A stretch of 55,500 bases of DNA, filler included, from Malassezia furfur (GCA_052055015.1; 2 parts of 2 records of this genome joined end to end with filler, not necessarily neighbours in it), one strand, 5' to 3'. Counted from the first letter of the whole stretch, positions 12,141-23,579 are shown. Program-made: numbers and translations. Notes: generated from the letters alone by a model not told the origin.

Positions 12141-12316
12141 TTGTGCATGGTAGCACGTGGTTACCCGTCAGAAAACGCCAAGATCGCAGTGCACGGGCCA
12201 AGGACCGTGCGTCGGGCGACCTAAGGCGTGCTCTAAGTCCTTTGCAGAGCTGCGCTATTGATACAGGCTAATACGAATGCAAATTTGAGTCCTAGCTTAA
12301 CAATTACGCGCTTCCT

Positions 12317-13249
12317 TTACTTGGCGTCCAGCTTCTTGGACACGTCCTCTGCCTTGGAGGACAGCTCCTCCTTAGCCTTGCTGGTCTCCTTCTCTGCAGT
12401 GTCAACAGCGTTGTCAACCGATGACAGAATTGACTTGTGCAACGCCGGAAGCGTATCGGTCTTCAGGTAGTTGAGGATCTTTCCCACACGTTCTTGCACA
12501 GGAGCCTTGGAGTCAAAGGCCTCCTTGTAGGCTTCCTGATAAGTCGACTGGAACGTGTCGATAACAGGAGCAAGGCGCTTTTGGCCCTCAGCGGGAAGGC
12601 TCTTGGCATACTTGTTCAGGTTGTCGAGCTCCGTGAAGAGGCTGTTGACGAGACCCTGTGCCTTCTTCTCGCCTTCAGCAGCGTCAGCCTTACCCTTCTT
12701 CGACCAGTCCTGGTAGAGAGAGTTCAATTTCTCGTTGATAGAGACAATAGTATTGCCAGCCCGCTGCAGGTGGACGTTCTCGTTCTGCTGGAGTTGCTGA
12801 ACGGCCTTGTTCGTCTGATCATAGAGGTGCTGAGCGTTGTCCTTGGCAGACTTCTTGTACGTTGTCATGATATCGTCCGCCTTGACAAAAGGGTGCTTGG
12901 CCAGCGAGTACAGATCCTCCCATTTCACCTCAAACGGGTAAGGAAATTTGCCTTTCACAAAGTCGAGCGTCTGCAGGCATAGGTGGTCCACTTTGTGCAA
13001 CGGCGTACTCAAACGAGTCGTCACGGGCTCAGCCAGCTTGAGCGAGACAGCAAAGACCTCTTCACCCAGCAAAAACGAGCGGTAGAGAAGGCCATGAGCC
13101 TTGATAACAGAGTAGGCGTAGTCCACAGTCTGAGAAACGAGCGGGACTTTGGAAATGAAGCCAACGGTTTCGCTTTCTTTCAGCGAGTTCAGCGCGGCGT
13201 GCTGCTCACTGGAGAGTTGAGGTGTGGTAGTTGTTTGCGTGCTGGTCAT
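12317..13249 (-). CDS. Perilipin-like lipid droplet protein (CAP20/Mpl1-like)
   Basis: N-terminal PAT-like segment (FISKVPLVSQTVDYAY..PLHKVDHLCLQTLDFVKGKFPY) followed by amphipathic helical repeats. Confidence 0.65.
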   Translation of the reverse strand: MTSTQTTTTPQLSSEQHAALNSLKESETVGFISKVPLVSQTVDYAYSVIKAHGLLYRSFLLGEEVFAVSLKLAEPVTTRLSTPLHKVDHLCLQTLDFVKGKFPYPFEVKWEDLYSLAKHPFVKADDIMTTYKKSAKDNAQHLYDQTNKAVQQLQQNENVHLQRAGNTIVSINEKLNSLYQDWSKKGKADAAEGEKKAQGLVNSLFTELDNLNKYAKSLPAEGQKRLAPVIDTFQSTYQEAYKEAFDSKAPVQERVGKILNYLKTDTLPALHKSILSSVDNAVDTAEKETSKAKEELSSKAEDVSKKLDAK

Positions 13250-13621
13250 TTCCGATGATTGCAACAAGATGAGAGGCTAACCCGAGATACAAGGTGACAA
13301 CGTAGTTGTACGTGCTCAGTGAGTCCGTGAAACCTGCACAAGCAAGGCTATAACGTGCATGGATTGGTGTTTTATTGGCAACTTTATCCAAACCCTACCT
13401 AAATGGTGAGTTCACCGTGACACCATAGGGTCCACTCCCCAATTCTATTCGTCAAATTTTACGCCACCCACGTGGACACCGTGCCTTTTTTCCGATAAGG
13501 ACACGGCGCGCATAATTGTGGTGCTAAGTCGTTCGGAGCGCAGCCAATTGTATGGAATAATCTTGGCATGACGCTGGTGGTACGATTTATGGCGGTACAT
13601 TGCTAGTGCGCTAGTTGTATT

Positions 13622-14474
13622 TTAGTTGTCTATCTCGTCATCATCCAATTGGAAGACGGACTCAGTGCCCACTTGACCGGACGCACTTTCGTAGGGCTCA
13701 TCTAGCCAGGTACCATTGGAGCGCTCAGGTGCGTGATCGACACTGGAAGCATCCCAGTCGTTTACCTCGTAAGCATCCTCGTCTGGCCTCATGCCTGTCC
13801 CAAGAGGTGCATACAGCGGCTCAATCTCGCGGTTGGCTCTGTATCGACGCTCCACGTGGTAAGCAACATAGAGCCCAATCGAAGAGCCAGCTAGGTTGGC
13901 TAAAATATCACCGAGCTGGAACGTTTTGTACTGTCATGAGCACCTCCAAGACTCACTGGGAGCAAACTCTGGACAAATTCTGAGCCAATGGCTCCAACAA
14001 CAATGCTTGCCACGAAGGAGATGGCCAGAGGGGTATAACGCCAAATCGATATTCTGCGCACGGACTCCCGTCAGAACCGTATTCCACCCACCTCATCGAG
14101 ATCCCAGATCATATAGCACAAGAAGGATGCCTGTATTAAAATCACTGTAAGTCACGTACAAGCATGAATCCAAAGAAATGCATCACCTTGTCGTTCACAT
14201 AAATGTATCCTTGTGCGGAGGGGTGAAATCTGACGTCAGGGAAAACAACGCACCCGAGAAGACCGAGAAGTACCAAGACTAACACATTGAGTCCAAGGAT
14301 GGCGGGTCTTACGCGAATAGGTAGAGTGTATTGCTCGTGTGAGCGTTGCCAAAGCAACAATCGGGGCAGTGGTATGGACTGCATCGTATAATGCTTAATG
14401 CGCTGCCAAAGGCGAGGGTTGTTGGGCATGATTCCTCGTACTTGGTCCAATGCATCGTTGAGGAGTATAGGCAT
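13622..14474 (-). CDS. VanZ-like family membrane protein; 5 exons
   Basis: Motifs VNDKVMHFFGF and GSEFVQSLLP|YKTFQLGDILANLAG. Introns at 14230-14253, 14131-14159, 14065-14091 and 13931-13956. The start is uncertain (14474 or 14429). Confidence 0.8.
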
Positions 14475-14890
14475 GATGTCTGAGTGGCTAAGACGCAACA
14501 ATTCTTGACTGTTGGACCTGCAGGAAACGCCCGTGCACAGATCCACGGTTTTGGTCTCCGATCCGGAACTTGGTAATCGGCCGAACGAACTTGCTGAAAT
14601 GGGCCGCGCAATTATTCTTGAGGTGGAGAAATAATCAGTTTCATACGTAGGAATAGTGTTCCTAGGGATAGGTAGAGAAGAAGCTATAGACTGTAAAAAG
14701 GGACGAAAAGTCTTGAATGTCATTCACGCAAACATATTCTAGGCATGGGCCTGCCAGCCAAAAAGAAATGGCGATCCTGACATCAAGAAATCTTTCATTG
14801 AGCAATACCGTGGACGGGGGAGGGCGGAGGGATGGGTGTCAAATCCGATCGTGCGGGTTTAAGACGCACGGTCTGAGTACCACGCGGGGA

Positions 14891-16165
14891 TTATTCAGTG
14901 TAATTGGTAGCATCTGTCCGTGTTCGCAGCTGTACCCGTGAGCCCGTCCGTTTAAGACCAGACGGGATGACATTGGTGAGGTATCGCTGCATGCCATCGG
15001 ATGCAACCTGGATTGCCCGCACCGTCTTCCCGTTGCGCACTGGTGTCCCTTCCTGAGATCCTGGTTGCGAATACACGGCCGGTTTAATGGTAGCCTGCAT
15101 ATTTTGCACACCTTGATGGGGTGCCACCACACGCGTGGGGGTGGTAGCGTGGATTGTCGACATCATTGCCGAATGTGACCGCGGTAGATTCCCATCCAGT
15201 GAGCTGAGTTGCATTTGGCTGACGAGCCGGGATGTTGCGTGGAAGCGGTCGTGTTCGTCCAGTTCACGCGCCTCGTCCTCAGGCGATGACATGGCGGAGC
15301 CATTGTCGTCCGTGAGCTCCGCCTCCGAAGAAATGGACGAGTTGCTGCGAGAGTGGTACGACATGGATTTGAGTGCTGCCGTTGGAGTAAGCAGGGGTGC
15401 CGATACCCGTTTTGTCTCGGTCTTTGATGCCCTCTTGGGCGTGTCTGGTTTCGCGTTCTGGTTCCAGCACGGCACTTGCGAAGCAGGTAGATTGCGCAAT
15501 GCAACGCGGCGCTCCGACGCGCGTGCATAACGGTCGCATTCACGGCCGGCCTCGCACCCGCGCAGGAACATCTCGCGGCGACCTGCGTCTGCGCGGCTCT
15601 CGAAACGCCGGAAGAAGGGACTGAAATGAAACATGATCTCCTCTTCTTCAATACGCAGGTCGTAGTCCAGAAGATAGAGCAGCTGTTTCTCCATGAGGTT
15701 CACCTCGGCTTGGGAGAAATAAACACAGTACCGCGTCCAGTGCTTGTTTTTCGGAGAAGAATCGTTCAGGTTCTTTGCAGCGACAATGAGCGTTGCAAGA
15801 AACACGCGGTGGAGCGTGCAAGGCATACCCTTGGCAACTCGCGGCAAGCGGAATTTCAAGCGCTCCAGGTACACCAGTGTGCTAAGTAGCGTAGGGACCT
15901 GGACATTGCTCTTTTCCACCAGCATCATAATGAAGGCCTCCAATGTTGGGAGATTCTGGATCCGGGGTGCACTCGAGGACTCCTGCGATTGCTCACCCGG
16001 ACCAGCCGGCGAGCACTGGATCACATCACTGGCTTGCTTCGCAATGTAAGCCACCATGTCGCGGGACACAGGGCACCGGATGAGATCCGTCAGGGAGGGG
16101 CTGTGCACGATGCGTGGCAGTAGACTTGCCGGGTGACGGCGCATAGCACTGCTGGGAATCGACAT
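14891..16165 (-). CDS. Pho85-type cyclin, Pcl1/Pcl2 family
   Basis: Cyclin box [61 protein letters not shown]. Confidence 0.9.
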   Translation of the reverse strand: MSIPSSAMRRHPASLLPRIVHSPSLTDLIRCPVSRDMVAYIAKQASDVIQCSPAGPGEQSQESSSAPRIQNLPTLEAFIMMLVEKSNVQVPTLLSTLVYLERLKFRLPRVAKGMPCTLHRVFLATLIVAAKNLNDSSPKNKHWTRYCVYFSQAEVNLMEKQLLYLLDYDLRIEEEEIMFHFSPFFRRFESRADAGRREMFLRGCEAGRECDRYARASERRVALRNLPASQVPCWNQNAKPDTPKRASKTETKRVSAPLLTPTAALKSMSYHSRSNSSISSEAELTDDNGSAMSSPEDEARELDEHDRFHATSRLVSQMQLSSLDGNLPRSHSAMMSTIHATTPTRVVAPHQGVQNMQATIKPAVYSQPGSQEGTPVRNGKTVRAIQVASDGMQRYLTNVIPSGLKRTGSRVQLRTRTDATNYTE

Positions 16166-16864
16166 GGTATAAAGTATCCACGCAGCGTTTCAGTGGAGTT
16201 GAGGGGGCGACGTAGGCTTGTGGTGCAAGGTGCACGATCTTTGTGTCTAATGCGAACCAGCGACAATAGACCCAAAGACACCAAGTCTAGGATTGAATTG
16301 GGGATGAGAGAGCCGTCGAACCGAGCAGATGGTAGACGCTGCTGGGGCTGAACGTGTTAGATTCCCCGAGATGAATGGCAGTGCGCCGTGGTGCTTACCA
16401 GCAGACACTAACACAGCTTACTTCGCTTGACCGCGTGTCCGTGCAGCGAAGCACCAAAATAGCGCGGCGGTTCAAAATTCAAGGGGGTGCACGAAAGCCG
16501 CACGAGATGCACGTCACGCGTATAGTGAGCAGTTAGTATGCCAGGGGGGCAGGATGCTGCGTGGATCGAGACGCCGCCGCAGGCGATCTGCTCGACAAGG
16601 GGAGGAGACAACCTGCAGGTGTCTGCAACCGTCGCTTCTTTAGTTCCGATCTGGACGGCTCTCATGGCAAACTCTCTGCAGCATCGTTCCGCTGCATTCT
16701 TCTGCATAGAAGTTACATATGTGTGCATGTAAGTGGAGGAGCATGCACCCCCTGCGAAAATTGTTCTACCCCTGCAGACCCCGAGCATCTCCACACTCAT
16801 TTAATTTGTTCCCCATAATGCAGGGGCATGTAGGACGTCATTTTCTACGAAAGGCCCGTGCGAG

Positions 16865-19264
16865 TCAGGCTGTGGGAAGTAGCACACGATCATAGACTGT
16901 CCACTTGTGGAGCTCGCGGGCCAAATAGTTCATACGCGCTTCCCAATTGGCGAGGGCGCGAAGACGCACAGCTGCACCGGCATCGCCCCAATATGCGCAC
17001 AGCGACTCTCGGAGGTCCATGTGGTTTTGTAAAAGCGTTTCCAACGCACGCTTGTGTTGCGCAACGCACAGATGCTGTTCGTCTCTCCTCCGGTTGCAAG
17101 GCTGCAAAGGCAGCGGCGGAGGGTTCCATATAGGCAAAATGCCTGTTTCCGACATGTTGAGCCGGTCAAGTAGTCGTCTCCATAGCTGTGTAGAACGCGT
17201 TGCATGCCAAGGAGGCCGCTGGTCCAAGCGCGCCCAGCCGAAATCCGTGCCATCCTCAAAAGGCTCTGTTTGGATCCGAGTGCAGCGCGCCGCATGGGTC
17301 AGGATGGTCTGCACCCAATTGCGCACCTGAAGATCGTCGCTCACTTGGAAACGATGCTGCGTACCGTCAGCGAGCCTGACGTCAAACGCATAATACGGTT
17401 CAGCACTGGCAGAGACAGTGTCAGCCATTGCATGGACCAAGGGAAGTTCCTTGCTTGCGAGACTGGCCGATAGCTCCTCCGCATACGGTGCTTGATCTGC
17501 ATCATACAGGGCAAGGCGCCCTGGATGAATGACTGCCCAATACACCGTCGCACCGGGCCTCCGAAACCTTTTCTTGGGGTATACAACAGAGTGTGCCATG
17601 TAGCCGCAAAGTGAGGGAAACGGCTCAATTTCCAGTGCTTCTGCACTGGGACTGCGGGATGCAACAGAGATTTCTGCGCGCAAAGAGCGCGAACGCATCC
17701 TGTTCAGTAAATCTTTTGGGCGGCTGCGAGTCTCGCGACGGAGCACAGGGAACGACGAAACGCGCGAAAGTCTGCCCAATGGCTCCGTATAGATCCGGTC
17801 GTACATGCTTTCAAGAAGCAGCTCGACTTGCGTCCAGGAAATATCGGAATAGAGGTGTGGCGCCGCCACCCCGAGGTCAAGAGAGCCAGACGGCTCTGTC
17901 TGCATTGCACCCACCGACGGAAGCAGCGGTGTCTGCATGGAGCGTAGCGTGGCCATGGTATTGTCCACAAAATCTTTGCGACTCATTTTTTCCAATTGAC
18001 TCATATGCAGGTCTGTGTTCAGCAGAAGTAGCGCAAAAGTTACGGCATACACTGCATCAGCAGACCCCAAGAGGTGGGTTGGGTTGCACGCAGAGTAGCG
18101 CTTGCTGAACTCGTTGAGAATTCGGTCAATCTGCTGCGCCTCACCACGCAGTGTGAGCCGGACACACAAATCACGCAATGCCACGTCCAGCTCCATATCC
18201 TGAAAGACAAGTTGGGCCATATATTGTTCTCGTGCATATGCCTGTGCCTCTGTCGGCCCTCCAAGCCACTCTGCCGAGTCCTTGTGGAGACAGGTGGGGT
18301 CGTCAGACATAGAATGGTCCAACCATGTAGGCGCCATTGGTTCTGTACTGGGTGCAGCGGGCATCGGATTGTACAGCGCCAGAGTCGTTGCTGGACGCCC
18401 GGCATTGATCGCAGACCGATACTTATCAGCGTGCAGTCTTGCCGGCTTTGTGCTTGGTACAGTAGCTCCCAGCATAGGGAGTCCATGGAGCCCCGTAAGG
18501 GCGGGCAATGGGGCTAGTGGTGTCTCTGAACTTATAGTAGAGTCACTTGGGATGGGAGCGCTTTTGTTAGGCAAGCTCGGCTTGGGCGATGCCAGAGGCG
18601 CCCGGTCAGGGTACAGAGGATGGCTCATTTTGAGGGGGCTTATGGGTGTTTCTCTCCCTTCGAGCCGATCCGTGGACTTTTGGGATAATGAGCTCGTCGC
18701 ATACTCTGATAACGGTAGTCTGGGTGTCTCCCCTGCGACGTGCAAGCCCAAGCCGACCGCCGGGGGGCGGTCCTGGTCGCGTTCTGCGACATGAAAAGAG
18801 GGAGGCGCGAATGTTTCCGGTGCGTTTGAATCGCTTGCTTTTTTCCGCACAAAAGACAAGGATGACGTGGGCCGCCTTAGGCCGATCCAGCGTTTCGGTT
18901 CGTGAAGAGGTTCGTTGGGTTGCGGCGAGTGAAAATGAGAGGATGTCGAGCGGGGAGAAGCAAGTGAAGTCGAAGGGCGATGGTCGTAAAACGTAGTCAT
19001 TGAGGATCTGTGCCGCATATGATCCCAGGATTTCGGTGATGACGGCTGCCTCCCCAAGGGCCAGGGCGACAAGTCGGCAAGACTGTCCGGCGTCGCCTTC
19101 GGTTCGCGTTGAGCAATACTCGGTGTGAGGGAAAGGCGACGAGTTCCCGGTGTCAGTATTGCCTCTTCAAAACTCATTGTAGGCACCATTTCCATGCCTG
19201 ATGAGCGGGGCCGCGATGTGCCAAGGGGTAGCGAGGGCACGCGTCCTGACCCCGCCCCCTCCAT
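16865..19264 (-). CDS. Sec7 + PH domain Arf GEF (EFA6/Syt1/Yel1-like)
   Basis: Sec7 core LRGEAQQIDRILNEFSKRY..FALLLLNTDLH, followed by a PH-like region and the C-terminal ANWEARMNYL. Confidence 0.85.
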   Translation of the reverse strand: MEGAGSGRVPSLPLGTSRPRSSGMEMVPTMSFEEAILTPGTRRLSLTPSIAQREPKATPDSLADLSPWPLGRQPSSPKSWDHMRHRSSMTTFYDHRPSTSLASPRSTSSHFHSPQPNEPLHEPKRWIGLRRPTSSLSFVRKKASDSNAPETFAPPSFHVAERDQDRPPAVGLGLHVAGETPRLPLSEYATSSLSQKSTDRLEGRETPISPLKMSHPLYPDRAPLASPKPSLPNKSAPIPSDSTISSETPLAPLPALTGLHGLPMLGATVPSTKPARLHADKYRSAINAGRPATTLALYNPMPAAPSTEPMAPTWLDHSMSDDPTCLHKDSAEWLGGPTEAQAYAREQYMAQLVFQDMELDVALRDLCVRLTLRGEAQQIDRILNEFSKRYSACNPTHLLGSADAVYAVTFALLLLNTDLHMSQLEKMSRKDFVDNTMATLRSMQTPLLPSVGAMQTEPSGSLDLGVAAPHLYSDISWTQVELLLESMYDRIYTEPLGRLSRVSSFPVLRRETRSRPKDLLNRMRSRSLRAEISVASRSPSAEALEIEPFPSLCGYMAHSVVYPKKRFRRPGATVYWAVIHPGRLALYDADQAPYAEELSASLASKELPLVHAMADTVSASAEPYYAFDVRLADGTQHRFQVSDDLQVRNWVQTILTHAARCTRIQTEPFEDGTDFGWARLDQRPPWHATRSTQLWRRLLDRLNMSETGILPIWNPPPLPLQPCNRRRDEQHLCVAQHKRALETLLQNHMDLRESLCAYWGDAGAAVRLRALANWEARMNYLARELHKWTVYDRVLLPTA

Positions 19265-19335
19265 GTGCTGGTCCGAGCGACGAGCGTTCGAAAGGTGCTG
19301 AGTCAGCCACAAAAAAAACTTGACCGGACGCGACG

Positions 19336-21969
19336 ATGAAGTCGTCGTTCCAGTTTTCGAATCTGTGCGGTACAGTGTACCAGCAGGGCAATGTGCAGTT
19401 TGGCGGAGATGGCGACACGCTGTACTCGCCTGTAGGCAACCGACTTTCCGTGTTCAATCTGGTGCGGAACACTTCGTTCACGCTTCCGTTCGAGACGCGC
19501 AAGCCGATCGTGCGCGTCGCTGTTTCTCCTGCGAACGCCAGCTTAGTACTGGTGGCAGACGAGGATGGGCACGCATTGCTGATCAATGTACAGCGGCGTG
19601 CATTGCTTGCGCACATGAGCTTCAAGCTCCCGGTGCGCGATGCCCAATTCTCGCCCGATGGCCGCTACCTAGCGGTGACGCATGGCACGCAGGTGCAGGT
19701 TTGGCGCACGCCGAGCGTGCTGGTGCGCGAGTTTGCACCGTTTGTGCTGCACCGCACCTATGTGGGCCACTTTGACGATGTCCTGAGCATCACCTGGTCG
19801 AAGAATGGACGCTTTTTCTTGTCCACGTCCAAGGACATGAGCGCCCGCCTGTTCAGCCTGGACCCCGTCGCGGGCTTCCGCCCCAAGACGTTTACCGGGC
19901 ACCGTGACGCGGTGCTGCAGGCCTTTTTCTCGTTGGACGAGGAGACGATCTACACGGTATCGCGCGACGGCGCGTGCCTGACGTGGGGCAACAAGGACGG
20001 TGATGCCGATGTCGAGCAAGACGAGACGAGCGAGCACGATGCGGGCGCGAGCGCCGCGGCCGCCCTGCCGGAGAACCGCGTGGGCTTCACGCGCTGGGGT
20101 GTGATGCAACGCAACTACTTTCACCAGGCGCACACGCAGGTGGTGTGCGCCGCGTTCCATGCGCCGACGTCGCGCCTCGTCGTGGGCTTCAGCAATGGCC
20201 TGTTCTCCCTTTGGGACATGCCCGATTTCCAGTCGGTGCATGCGCTGAGCATCAGCCAGGAGAAGATTACCAGTGTCGCGATTAACCCCTCCGGCGAGTG
20301 GCTCGCGTTCGGCGCGCAGCGCTTGGGGCAGCTGCTGGTGTGGGAGTGGGCGAGCGAGTCATACATTCTCAAGCAGCAGGGCCACTTTTTCGACATGAAT
20401 ACCCTGGCGTACGCGCAAGACGGCCAGATCGTCGTGACCGGCGGCGACGACGGCAAGGTCAAGCTGTGGAACACGGCATCCGGCTTTTGCACCGTGACCT
20501 TCTCGGACCACACCGCACCGGTGAGCTGCGTCGAGTTTGCCAAACAGGGTCAGGTGCTGTTTAGTGCAAGCTTGGACGGCACGGTGCGCGCATACGACCT
20601 GGTGCGCTACCGCAATTTCCGCACTTTTACGAGCCCCAACCCGGTGCAGTTTGTGAGCTTGGCGGTGGATCCGAGTGGCGAGGTGGTGTGTGCGGGGAGT
20701 GCGGACGTGTTTGAGGCGTACATGTGGAGTGTCCAGACCGGCAAGCTGCTCGACGTGCTCGCCGGGCACGAGGGGCCTGTCACTGCGCTCCAGTTTGACC
20801 CGGCGGGCAGTGGGCTGCTGGCGAGTACAGGGTGGGACCGCTCTGTGCGTTTCTGGGAGGTCTTCCGACGTAGCGGCGCCACGGAAGCGATGCAGCTCAA
20901 TGCTGAGGGTCTGGCGCTCGCCTTCCGTCCCGACGGTCGCGAGGTGTGCGTTGCGTCGCTCGACGGCCACTTGACCTTTTTCGATACGCAGAACGGCGCG
21001 AGTCGTGGCGTGCTCGACTGCCGGCGCGACATTTCTGGCGGGCGCAGCATCAACGACAAAGTTGCGCGGCGCAACAATGCAGCCGGCGCGGCGTTTACGA
21101 GCTTGTGCTATTCGGCGGACGGCTCGTGCGTGCTGGCCGGCGGAAATGCCAACTACGTATGTCTGTACGACGTGCGCGAGCGGGTGCTGCTCAAGCGCTG
21201 GAAACTTAGCCTAAATGTCGCGCTCGACGGCACGCAGGACCGCCTCGATTCGCGGCAGGTCACCGACGCAGGCAACGTCGCGCTCATCAACGACCAATCG
21301 GACGAGGACGAGCTGACCCTTGCCGAGCGTCAGGACCGCAGTTTGCCTGGCGCGCAGCGCGGCGACCTGAGCAAGCGGTCGACCCGCCCTATGGCGCGCT
21401 CCAAGTGCGTGCGTTTTTCCCCGACGGGCCAGTCGTGGGCGGCGGCGACGACAAGCGGCCTACTTTTGTACGCCCTGGACGCGGGGGCGACCTTCGACCC
21501 AACCGATCTCGACATGGACCTGACGCCGCAGGCGGTGCGCAGTGCGTCGCTTGCCGGCGATGCGTTTGTGGCGTTGCTGGGCGCGTTGCGGCTCAACGAC
21601 CCTGTGCTGTTGGCCGAGGTGTATGAGCGCGTGAAGCCGCACGAGATTGCGCTGGTCGCGCAGCAGCTGCCGAGCCTGTACGTGGCCGACGTGCTGCAGC
21701 TCGTCGCCACCCGGCTGGATCCAGCAAGCCAAAGCCCGCACGTCGAGTTCCACCTGCAGTGGCTGCGTGCCCTCTTCAATGCGCACGGCGAGGAGATCCG
21801 TGGGAAGAGCAGCACCACCTACGCGCCTGTGCTGCGCGCGACACAGATGGCGCTCAACGAGCTGCGTGCCAACGTCAAGACGGTGTGCGACCGCAACACG
21901 GCCACGATGCTCTACGTCTACAACGGGCTCGCGACGCAGCGCGCGCAGGAGCTCGACGATACCCCGTAG
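19336..21969 (+). CDS. PWP2: Periodic tryptophan protein 2 (UtpB subunit)
   Basis: N-terminus MKSSFQFSNLCGTVYQQGNV, motif LGQLLVWEWASESYILKQQGH, WD40 repeats and a Utp12 C-terminal domain. Confidence 0.97.
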   Translation: MKSSFQFSNLCGTVYQQGNVQFGGDGDTLYSPVGNRLSVFNLVRNTSFTLPFETRKPIVRVAVSPANASLVLVADEDGHALLINVQRRALLAHMSFKLPVRDAQFSPDGRYLAVTHGTQVQVWRTPSVLVREFAPFVLHRTYVGHFDDVLSITWSKNGRFFLSTSKDMSARLFSLDPVAGFRPKTFTGHRDAVLQAFFSLDEETIYTVSRDGACLTWGNKDGDADVEQDETSEHDAGASAAAALPENRVGFTRWGVMQRNYFHQAHTQVVCAAFHAPTSRLVVGFSNGLFSLWDMPDFQSVHALSISQEKITSVAINPSGEWLAFGAQRLGQLLVWEWASESYILKQQGHFFDMNTLAYAQDGQIVVTGGDDGKVKLWNTASGFCTVTFSDHTAPVSCVEFAKQGQVLFSASLDGTVRAYDLVRYRNFRTFTSPNPVQFVSLAVDPSGEVVCAGSADVFEAYMWSVQTGKLLDVLAGHEGPVTALQFDPAGSGLLASTGWDRSVRFWEVFRRSGATEAMQLNAEGLALAFRPDGREVCVASLDGHLTFFDTQNGASRGVLDCRRDISGGRSINDKVARRNNAAGAAFTSLCYSADGSCVLAGGNANYVCLYDVRERVLLKRWKLSLNVALDGTQDRLDSRQVTDAGNVALINDQSDEDELTLAERQDRSLPGAQRGDLSKRSTRPMARSKCVRFSPTGQSWAAATTSGLLLYALDAGATFDPTDLDMDLTPQAVRSASLAGDAFVALLGALRLNDPVLLAEVYERVKPHEIALVAQQLPSLYVADVLQLVATRLDPASQSPHVEFHLQWLRALFNAHGEEIRGKSSTTYAPVLRATQMALNELRANVKTVCDRNTATMLYVYNGLATQRAQELDDTP

Positions 21970-22005
21970 ATGTGCCATACGTTACTATACAAGCTCGTGT
22001 GTCGA

Positions 22006-23511
22006 TCACTCGACGCGCTGGCGCTTGGCGGGCGCCCCCTGAGAGTGCGGCTTCTCTTTGGCCTTGAGGCCGGTGCCGTGCGTGACGTTCACCTTGGGCG
22101 GCACCGCAAAGCCAAACGCCTTGGCGACCTTGGCGAGGTCGAGCTGGTTGATGTCGTAAATCCGCTTTAGCGAGTAGGAGCCGTACGCCTGGATGTAGGA
22201 GCGGTAGCCCTCCTTGGCGGACTGGTGCAGGTAGTAGTTTTTGGCGATCAACTTTTCGAGTTGGTTCTGCACGTTGGCAATCTTGTTCGGCGGGAAGGAA
22301 TACTCGTTCAGCGGCACCTTGGCCACCTTGAGGAAACGCAAAAAGCCCAGCTCGCTTGGCAGCAGGAAGAGCAGCGAGCGGCCACCCTTGCCGCCACGCG
22401 CCGTACGCCCCACGCGGTGGATGTAGTCGCGCGGGTCGTCCGGCGGGTCGAACTGGATGATCCAGTCCACCGCAGGAATGTCCAACCCACGCGCCGCCAC
22501 GTCGGTACACAGCAGTGTGCCATGCTGTGCGTTACAGAACTCGAAGAAGGTCGTGCTCCGCTTTTGCTGCTTCTGCTTGCCATGCAAATCGAGCACGGGG
22601 ACGTCAATGTAGTTGAGCAGCTCGGCGTAGTACTTGACGCTGTTGCAGCTGTTCATGAACACAATCACCTTTTTGCCCGCGTTCCGCTTGAGGAAGGTAA
22701 AGAGGAGCAGGAAGCGCTTGTCGCTGTCACACACCACGTAGCCCTGCTCGAGCTTGGACACGGTTGAAGCGGCGAGCTGCTGGTGCACGTTGATGTACAA
22801 CGGCCCCGGACGCAACGAGATTCGCGCCAAATCCTGCACCTTGGTGGTCTGCGTCGCGGAGAAAAGCATCGACTGGCGGTTCTCGTTGGGCAAAATGCGC
22901 ACAATCTCGCGCATTTCCTCCTCGAAACCAATCTCAAGGATTCGGTCGGCCTCGTCAATGATGAGCGCCATGAGGTTGTTAAACACAAAGCCCTTGGTGT
23001 TTTGCAAGTGGTCGAGCAAGCGCCCGGGCGTCGCAATGATCAGGTTAACGCCCTTTTGCAGCTTGTCAGCCTCTGCCTTGCGGTTCGCACCGCCCATCAC
23101 GATGCCGAGCGTCTGGCTGTGGTGCGCCATGAGCTCTTTGGCGACACCAAAGATTTGCAGCGCCAACTCGCGCGTAGGCGAAATGACAATGGCACCAGTG
23201 CCGTTGCGCGGCTTAAACTTGAGCCGGTGCAGCATCTCAATGGCGGGGATAAGGAACGCAAGCGTCTTACCGCTGCCCGTCTGGGCCGCACCCAGCACAT
23301 CCTTGCCCGCGAGCAAGGGGGGAATGCAGCGCGCCTGGACTTCGGTCATCGTCTTGAACCCCATGGCGTCCAGCGCACGCGCGGTCGGCGCCGTGAGGTC
23401 CAGCTTGGAGAAAGGAACACGCTCCGCAACCTCAGCATTCTCGCGGTGCGTCGCGTCCTCGTGCAGCTCGCGCTCGAGCTTGGCCTCCTCAGCATCCGCA
23501 GGCGCCTTCAT
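22006..23511 (-). CDS. HAS1: DEAD-box RNA helicase Has1
   Basis: Motifs [35 protein letters not shown] and [18 protein letters not shown]. Confidence 0.97.
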   Translation of the reverse strand: MKAPADAEEAKLERELHEDATHRENAEVAERVPFSKLDLTAPTARALDAMGFKTMTEVQARCIPPLLAGKDVLGAAQTGSGKTLAFLIPAIEMLHRLKFKPRNGTGAIVISPTRELALQIFGVAKELMAHHSQTLGIVMGGANRKAEADKLQKGVNLIIATPGRLLDHLQNTKGFVFNNLMALIIDEADRILEIGFEEEMREIVRILPNENRQSMLFSATQTTKVQDLARISLRPGPLYINVHQQLAASTVSKLEQGYVVCDSDKRFLLLFTFLKRNAGKKVIVFMNSCNSVKYYAELLNYIDVPVLDLHGKQKQQKRSTTFFEFCNAQHGTLLCTDVAARGLDIPAVDWIIQFDPPDDPRDYIHRVGRTARGGKGGRSLLFLLPSELGFLRFLKVAKVPLNEYSFPPNKIANVQNQLEKLIAKNYYLHQSAKEGYRSYIQAYGSYSLKRIYDINQLDLAKVAKAFGFAVPPKVNVTHGTGLKAKEKPHSQGAPAKRQRVE

Positions 23512-23579
23512 CGTGGCGATTTTCCAACGGCAAAAATGGCTTAGTCAGACTTTTTTTGTCGGTAGCTGCGTCTTCCGTG

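Noticed and set aside
5000..15000. Low-GC region as a horizontally acquired island
   Set aside because: It has a gradual gradient with no sharp borders, native fungal housekeeping genes with the same micro-introns, and no mobility genes.
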